Source: Leucoraja ocellata (lineage: Eukaryota). Taken from it: 40,414 nucleotides of DNA. Positions 33,233-40,414 of the stretch are shown here, piece after piece. Position 1 is the first letter of the stretch, and the number at the start of each line of letters is the position of its first letter. The stretch covers positions 85,587-126,000 of the forward strand of contig JAWMAR010001661.1 of NCBI GenBank assembly GCA_036785375.1, read 5' to 3'. The notes below the pieces were generated by a model. That model ran no database searches. It was not told the origin of the DNA and worked only from the letters and a program-made list of their open reading frames with translations. Position numbers and translations under genes: made by a program.

Positions 33233-34198
33233 ACTATGTGTCCATGTGTCTATGTCTCTATGTGTCTCTATGTCTCTATGTGTCTCTATGTCACTATGTG
33301 TCTATGTCTCTATGTGTCTATATGTCTATGTCTCTATGTGTCTATGTGTCTATGTGTCTATGTCTCTATGTCTCTATGTCTCTATGGGTCTATGTGTCTA
33401 TGTGTCTCTATGTGTCTATGTGTCTATGTGTCTATGTCTCTATGTGTCTATGTCTCTATGTGTCTATGTGTCTATGTCTCTATGTGTCTATGTGTCTATG
33501 TCTCTATGTCTCTATGTGTCTATGTGTCTATGTGTCTCTATGTGTCGATGTGTCTATGTGTCTATGTGTCTATGTGTCTATGTGTCTCTATGTGTCTATG
33601 TGTCTATGTGTCTATGTGTCTATGTGTCTCTATGTGTCTATGTGTCTATGTGTCTATGTGTCTATGTGTCTATGTGTCTATGTCTCTATGTCTCTATGTG
33701 TCTATGTGTCTATGTGTCTATGTGTCTATGTCGCTATGTGTCTATGTCTCTATGTCTCTATGTGTCTATGTGTCTATGTGTGTCTATGTGTCTATGTGTC
33801 TATGTGTCTATGTGTCTCTATGTGTCTATGTGTCTATGTGTCTATGTGTCTATGTCTCTATGTCTCTATGTGTCTATGTGTCTATGTGTCTATGTGTCTA
33901 TGTGTCTATGTGTCTATATGTCTATGTCTCTATGTCTCTATGTGTCTATGTCTCTATGTCTCTATGTGTCTATATGTCTATGTCTCTATGTGTCTATGTG
34001 TCTATGTCTCTATGTGTCTCTATGTGTCTATGTCTCTATGTCTCTATGTGTCTATGTGTTTATGTGTCTATGTGTCTATGTGTCTATGTGTCTATATGTC
34101 TATGTCTCTATGTCTCTACGTGTCTATGTCTCTATGTCTCTATGTGTCTATATGTCTATGTCTCTATGTCTCTATGTCTCTATGTTTCTATGCTTCTA
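33233..34198. repeat. Imperfect octamer microsatellite of about 1 kb, (TCTATGTG/TCTATGTC)n
   Basis: Directly visible. Shorter tracts occur at about 32197-32236 and 32591-32665. Confidence 0.97.
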
Positions 34199-34199
34199 T

Positions 34200-36240
34200 A
34201 GCCACCTGGTCGCAGGGGGGGGGGTTGTGATCTTCCTCGCCACCACGTCGTTCTGTGCTTCAAACCGGGCATAGAACATGTTCAGCGCATCAGGCAGAGA
34301 GGCATCGCTGTCACAGGCTGGTGTTGATGTCCTGAAATTGGTGATGGCTTGGATGCCTTGCCACGGCTTCAGTGTGTCCCTGCTGTCACTGAAGTGGCCG
34401 TGGATTTTCCTTGCATGCGCTCGCTTTGCTTCCCTGATGGCCCGGGACAGTTTGGCCCTCGCTGTTCTCAGGGACTCCTTATCGCCTGCTCTGAAGGCCG
34501 TGTCTCGGGCTCTCAGCAGCGCACGTACCTCTGCAGTCATCCATGGTTTACTGTTGGGGACGTGTGGTGATGAGCTCAGTGACAGTAATGTCATCAATGT
34601 ATTTACTGATGTAACCAGTCACTGATGCCGTGTACTCCTCCAAGCCAGTGGTGCCGCCGGTGGTTGCTGCCTCCCTAAACATGTGCCAGTCAATGCAGTC
34701 CTGGAGAGCAGAGATGGCTCCTGCTGGCCAGGTCTTCACCTGTTTTTTAGCTGGTCTGGAGCATCTGACAAGCAGTCTGTATGCTGGGATCAGCATGACA
34801 GAGATGTGGTCTGAGTATCCGAGATGGGGGCGTGACTCCACCCTGTACGCACTGGGCATATTGGTGTAAACAAGATCTAGCACCTTCTCCACTCTCGTTG
34901 CAAAGTCCACATGTTGGTAACATTTAGGAAGCACAGTTTTGAGATTTACACGGTTGAAATCTCCTGCGGCAATAAACAGTCCTTCTGGGTGTGTGTTTTG
35001 TAGATTGCATAAAGCTCCATACAGTACAGTACAGCTAGTGTTTCCTTAGCATTAGCACTGGGGGGGATGTGAACAGCAACAATGAGCAATGTGGTAAACT
35101 CCCGTGGCAAATAAAAAGGTCTACATCTCACAATCGCATTCTCCACCAGCAATGAACAGAACTCGGAGACTAAGACAGAGTTGTTGCACCAGTCAGTGTT
35201 GATGTAAACACACAGGCCACCACCTCGAGTCTTAACGCGCAATTCCCTTGTCAATTCTTCCCTTCCCTCCCGTACCACCCCCTCCCCGGGCACTTTCCGT
35301 TGCAACCGCAAGAAATGCAACACCTGTCCCTTCACCTCCCCCCTCGACTCCATTCAAGGACCCAAGCAGTCGTTCCAGGTGCGACAGAGGTTTACCTGTA
35401 TCTCCTCCAACCTCATCTACTGCATCCGCTGCTCTAGGTATCAGCTGATTTACATCGGAGAGACTAAGCGTAGGTTGGGCGATCGTTTCGTCGAACACCT
35501 CCGCTCAGTCCGCAATAACCTACCTGGCCTCCCGGTGGCTCAGCACTTCAACTCCCCCTCCCATTCCCAATCCGACCTCTCTGTCCTGGGTCTCCTCCAT
35601 TGCCAGAGTGAGCAACACCGGAAATTGGAGGAACAGCACCTCATATTCCGCCTGGGGACCTTGCGGCCGGATGGCATGAACGTTGAATTCTCCCAGTTTT
35701 GCTAGACCTTGCTGTCTCCTCCCGTTCTTTAACCCTCGAGCTGTCTCCTCCCATCCCCCCGCCCTCGGGCTCTTCCTCCTCCCTTTTTCCTTCCTTCTCC
35801 CCCCCACCCCCCATCAGTCTGAAGAAGGTTTCGGCCTGAAACGTCGCCTATTTCCTTCGCTCCATAGATGCTGCTGCACCCGCTGAGTTTCTCCAGCATT
35901 TTTGTGTACCTGTGATGGGTCTCTGTCGGCTCGGTGCGAGACTAGCCCGGCTAGCTGAATGGCCACGTCCGGGACTCGATCGTTGAGCCATGTCTCAGTA
36001 AAACACAGACACAGCAGTCCCTAGTCTCTCGCTGTTTACTCCTCTGTAGTTGGATGTTGTCCAGTTTGTTTTCCAGGAAGCGGACGTTGGAGAGTAGGAT
36101 AGATGGGAGAGCTGGCCGGCCAGCTAGCATTATCTCTCAGTCTAGCACGGACACCCTCTCTCTTGCCCCGTTTCTGCCTCCTCTTTGCCTGCCCAACCTT
36201 GCCCTGAGCTCAGGCCCTTCGAATCCTTGTCGTTAAAAGT
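34200..36240 (-). mobile_element. Rex1/Babar-like LINE 5' half (APE endonuclease region), disrupted by a Penelope insertion
   Basis: [15 protein letters not shown]...TETWL, KTRGGGLCVYIN, RPFYLPREFT, SDH and [16 protein letters not shown]. Confidence 0.85.
35235..35908 (+). mobile_element. Penelope-like retroelement 3' part, GIY-YIG endonuclease (35379-35705) plus terminal repeat
   Basis: NLIYCIRC...IYIGETKR.L..RF.EH...VAQHF...E...GMN, preceded by the Cys-rich linker C.RKKC.TC. Confidence 0.92.
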
Positions 36241-37199
36241 ATTGCTGTGAGATTAAAGGTGGGATGAAGATGGTGGGAGATTTTGAATCATTAGTGGTGT
36301 ATTAATTTGAATTGTCTGATTTTGTCAATCTGTCAGGACCTGAACTGTATGGAGATGGGATGCAGGTAAGGACCCTGTTTAGAACCACCTCTGGTTTCAG
36401 ACCAATAAATGTTTGGAGGAGAAAGTATTTTCCTGATTATTCTTGGTTTAAAATACTAGAATTCACGGTGCTGGAATCTTGAGGGAGAAAAAAGTCTGCT
36501 GGAGTAAATCAGTGGGTCAGGCAACATCTGGAAGGAATGGACCAATGAAGTATCAGGTCAGAAGCCTTCAGCTTGATGGAGTAAAGGGAGAAAGCTGGAA
36601 ATGTGAGGTGGGGCAATAGTCTAGCAAGTGATGGCTGGATGCAGGTGGGAGGGGGGGGGGAGGGGAAATTGCCAGATGGGTGGAACACCAAAACATCAAG
36701 TACTGCCCAGGTGAGGTCAGCCACGTGATTTTACCAGGTCGTATGGAAAACAAAGCATTTCATTGTTTCACATGGTACATGTGACAAAAAATAATTGAAT
36801 CAGTAAGTGACAAAGGCTAAAGGTGTAAAAGTCAAAGTCAATTGTATTCGTTACATGCACCCAAAGGTGCAGTGAAATAAATTTGCCAGCAGCGATACAC
36901 TTAAAAAGAACACACAATACACAATAGAATTTAACACAAAACATCCAGCACAGCATTCTTCACTGTGGCGAAAGGCAACAAGTTTCAGTCAGTCCTCCTC
37001 CTTTGTTCATCCGTGGTCGGGGCCATGAACCCTCTGTCGTCGCCGCTATGATTTATGAACATCTCAGAAGGAGAAAGCAAGGTGTGAACTGTAAACCTGG
37101 TAGAAGGAATATGAGTGCAATGGGATAGGATGGGGAAAAGGGATGAATGTACTGAGGACTCTCCCTTTCCCCGCATCACCCATTCACCCTGCACCTTCC

Positions 37200-37610
37200 C
37201 CTCTTTCCACACTCATCTCCCATCCCTGACATTCATCTTTGCCTCTTTACCCTTCGACCCATATCCCGCCCTCCAGCTTCACATCTCTCTCTCCTCATCT
37301 AAACCTTTTGTCTCCTCTTCACCTCTCGCCTTTGTCATTGCTCCAAGTGCCAATTGCTTGTATTTGTTGTCTGAAGGACAGCCTCTACCTGAAACATCAC
37401 CCATTCCTTCTCTCCCAAGATGCTGCCCGTCTCACTGAATTACTCCAGCATTTGTGTCTATCCACATCACTTGCCAGCTTATGTCCTGCTCCCACATCTT
37501 TCCAGATTTCTCCACTACTCTCTCAGTCTGAAGGATCCCAACCTGAAACATCTGTCCGGCAGATGGTGCCTGACCAACTGAGTACATCCAGCATTCTTTG
37601 TAGACTTCTT
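37200..37610 (+). mobile_element. Degenerate Penelope-derived terminal fragments
   Basis: tctgaagga...cctgaaacatc...gatgctgcc...tactccagca occurs twice. Confidence 0.55.
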
Positions 37611-38245
37611 TATATTCCCTAAAGTAATCCTAGTTGGTTCCTGTTGCAGTGAAAGTAGTTTAGTGTTCATGACACTTGTTTTAAGTGTCAATACAAATTA
37701 AGTAATCCTGCATTCCATTCACCATACTGCTTTTTTTGGAATAGGTCTAAATCTATTTGGTTTAGTATGTTTGTGTCAGTGTTGCCAGAATACATCTCCT
37801 CTCCCCTCTGCTCTTTTCTGAAGGTGTGACCAAATTGTGTTCATTTCAACGAAGGATCTCCAAAGACTGGAATCTCTGCTTTTTATTTTAATATTTATTT
37901 TATTAGAAGCAATTGTACAAGGAGAAAGTCATCGACATAACAATTATAAAATGTTCGTAAGCTTCAATTTTAACATTTTATGAACTAAAAACTAAATCGG
38001 AAAAAAGAAAAATGAAAAGAAAGAAAGAAGAAAAGAAAAAGAAAAGAAAGAATTTTGTAAAAGACACGAGAGATAAAAAAGAAAAACCTCTGAACCAACG
38101 AAAAAGTGAAAAAAGTGGAGATATATCCCACTACCCTTCCCTACGCCCGATCACCCGACCCTAGCGTCGGCTTTGAATGGAAGGAGGTTTTCAGGTGTAA
38201 GGGGACGGGAGGGGATAAAAGGAAATGAGATTTGGAGATGGGAAT

Positions 38246-38857
38246 ATAACATATAACCATATAACAATTACAGCACGGAAATAGGCCATCTCGGCCCTAC
38301 AAGTCCGTGCCGAACAACTTTTTTTCCCTTAGTCCCACCTACCTGCACTCATACCATAACCCTCCATTCCCTTCTCATCCATATGCCTATCCAATTTATT
38401 TTTAAATGATACCAACAAACCTGCCTCCACCACTTCCACTGGAAGCTCATTCCACACCGCTACCACTCTCTGGGTAAAGAAGTCCCCCCTCATGTTACCC
38501 CTAAACTTCTGTCCCTTAATTCTGAAGTCATGTCCTCTTGTTTGAATCTTCCCTATTCTCAAAGGGAAAAGCTTGCCACATCAACTCTGTCTATCCCTCT
38601 CATCATTTTAAAGACCTCTATCAAGTCCCCCCTTAACCTTCTGCGCTCCAGAGAATAAAGACCTAACTTATTCAACCTATCTCTGTAACTTAGTTGTTGA
38701 AACCCAGGCAACATTCTAGTAAATCTCCTCTGTACTCTCTCTATTTTGTTGACATCCTTCCTATAATTGGGCGACCAAAATTGTACACCATACTCCAGAT
38801 TTGGTCTCACCAATGCCTTGTGCAATTTTAACATTACATCCCAGCTTCTATACTCAA
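38246..38857 (-). mobile_element. CR1 3' fragment, (ATATAACC)n tail
   Basis: Near-identical to 21015-21628, with a 1-bp frameshift. Confidence 0.92.
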
Positions 38858-39705
38858 TAAGTGTCTTGATTAAGGGGGTTTCCCTCTTTCCCTGCACTCC
38901 CCACCCTGGTGTGCACCTCACTCAACGGTCTCCCTACCCCTTCCCCTCCTCTGTATACTCATCCCTGTCCCACATTCCCCTCTTTCCCCGATCCTTCCCC
39001 CTGGCTTTGCATGACACCTCTCTTCCCCTTGTTTGACACTCGTCTCCTCTTCACCTCTAGCCTTTGTCAGTACTCCACAATCTGCTAATCAGCCCCCAAC
39101 TGTATCCAGAATCACTCACCAGGCTCTGCCCTGCTCTCGTCTCTTTCCAGCTTTCTCCCAAATACATCAGTCTGAATCAGCATCAGAGAATCAGAATGCT
39201 GTTTATTGTCATTGAAACATAGGTTCAAACAAAATTACTTTCCTGCAGTCATAACAACAAAAAAACCAAAACACACAATTAACACAATTCCACACAAACA
39301 TCCATCACAGTGAATTTCCAAATACCTCCTCACTGTGATGGAAGGCAAAAGTCTTATCTCTTGCCCACAGTCAAGCAGTCAAACTGCTGCATCGAGCTGG
39401 TCGAGGCTCTTGATGTTAGAGGCCCCGGTGGGTAATGGTAAGTCCTGCGGCTGTTTAAGCCGCGCCAGGTGATGTAAGGCCCCGCTCCGGGTCGATTTAT
39501 ACCCCTCGATTCGGGCGGTCAAAGTTTGCCGTTGTGGATGATTAGCCATGATCACAGTGAATGGCGGTGCTGGCTTGAAGGGCCGAATGGCCTACTCCTG
39601 CACCTATTGTCTATTGTCTCAGGATCTAGTCTTTATGGAGATGACGTTAAGGTAAGGCCGCTGTTTTATAACCCTCTCTTGGGTTTCAGTGTTTGTGGAA
39701 ATATT

Positions 39706-39890
39706 GGGCAGCACAGTGGTAGAGTTGCTGCCTCACAGCACCAGATACCTGGGTTTGAAACTGACACCATGTGTTATCCGTACAGAGTTTTAATACTCTT
39801 CCTGTGACCAAGTGTGTTTTCCACATATGTTCTGGGGTCCTCCCATACTCCAAAGATATCCAGATTTATAGTTTAATTGGTATTTCCTAA
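39706..39890 (+). mobile_element. Degenerate V-SINE (HE1-like)
   Basis: tRNA-like head (ggcagcacagtggtagagttgctgcctcacagcaccaga...gggtttgaaa) followed by a decayed V-domain. Confidence 0.6.
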
Positions 39891-39961
39891 TTGGCATGAG
39901 GTATTTCCTAACATATTTCATTTGAGATTCTTTCAATTCAGGGTTCTGGAATCTTGTACAA

Positions 39962-40414
39962 AAACAATAAACAATAGGTGCAGGAATCGGCCATTCAGTC
40001 CGTCGAGCCAGCACCGCCATTCAATGTGATCATGGCTGATCATCCCCAATCAGTACCCTGTTCCTGCCTCCTCCCCATATCCCCTGACTCTTCTATTTTT
40101 AAGAGCCCTATCCTGCTCTCTCTTGAAAGCATCTAGAGAACCTGCCTCCACCGCTCTGTGAGGCAGAGAATTCCACAGACTCACAACTCTCTGTGAGAAA
40201 AAGTGTTTCCTCGTCTCCGTTCTAAATGGCTTACCCCTTATTCTTAAATTGTGGCCCCTGGTTGTGGACTCCCCCAACATCGGGAACATGTTTCCTGCCT
40301 CAAGCTTGTCCAAACCCTTAACAATCTTACATGTTTCAATGAGATACCCTCTCATCCTTCTAAACTCCAGAGTGTACAAGCCCAGCTGCTCAATTCTTTC
40401 AGTATATGACAGCC
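39962..40414 (-). mobile_element. CR1 3' fragment running off the window
   Basis: ORF 40050-40379 has FFSQRVVSLWNSLP and is followed by the CR1 3' UTR. Confidence 0.9.

Noticed and set aside
33139-34274. Three long ORFs (329-363 aa) rich in C/V/Y/S/M/L
   Set aside because: They are translations of a stop-free 8-bp microsatellite in all three frames, not genes.
37878-38170. T-rich then A-rich tract, possibly an L1-type 3' end on the minus strand
   Set aside because: No coding remnant or TSD is visible, so the family cannot be supported.

Overview
This is eukaryotic genomic DNA, not prokaryotic. It holds one complete, non-germline-joined immunoglobulin heavy-chain (IgM) cluster of the cartilaginous-fish type on the + strand. 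The parts are leader (5061-5106), VH (5284-5587) with a 23-RSS, 12-D1-22, 12-D2-12, 23-JH (6726-6773), Cmu1-Cmu4 with secretory tailpiece (11031-17388), and TM1/TM2 (20225-20495). All exons are open, have GT-AG sites and join in compatible phases. A skate or ray is likely, but that is inference. Introns and flanks are dense in retroelements (CR1, Rex1-like, Penelope-like, a HERO-like RT relic, V-SINEs) and contain one hAT MITE and three assembly gaps. I see no wholly new biological system. The best candidates for undescribed features are: (1) an inverted-duplicated octamer+CRE module in the J-Cmu intron (candidate intronic enhancer); (2) a near full-length antisense CR1 LINE between the TM2 stop and the probable membrane-form poly(A) signal; (3) a 95-bp-arm palindrome with a minimal hammerhead-like motif 400 bp downstream of JH; (4) Leu in place of the normally invariant VH Trp41. 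Transposable-element boundaries are approximate unless a TSD or TIR is quoted.
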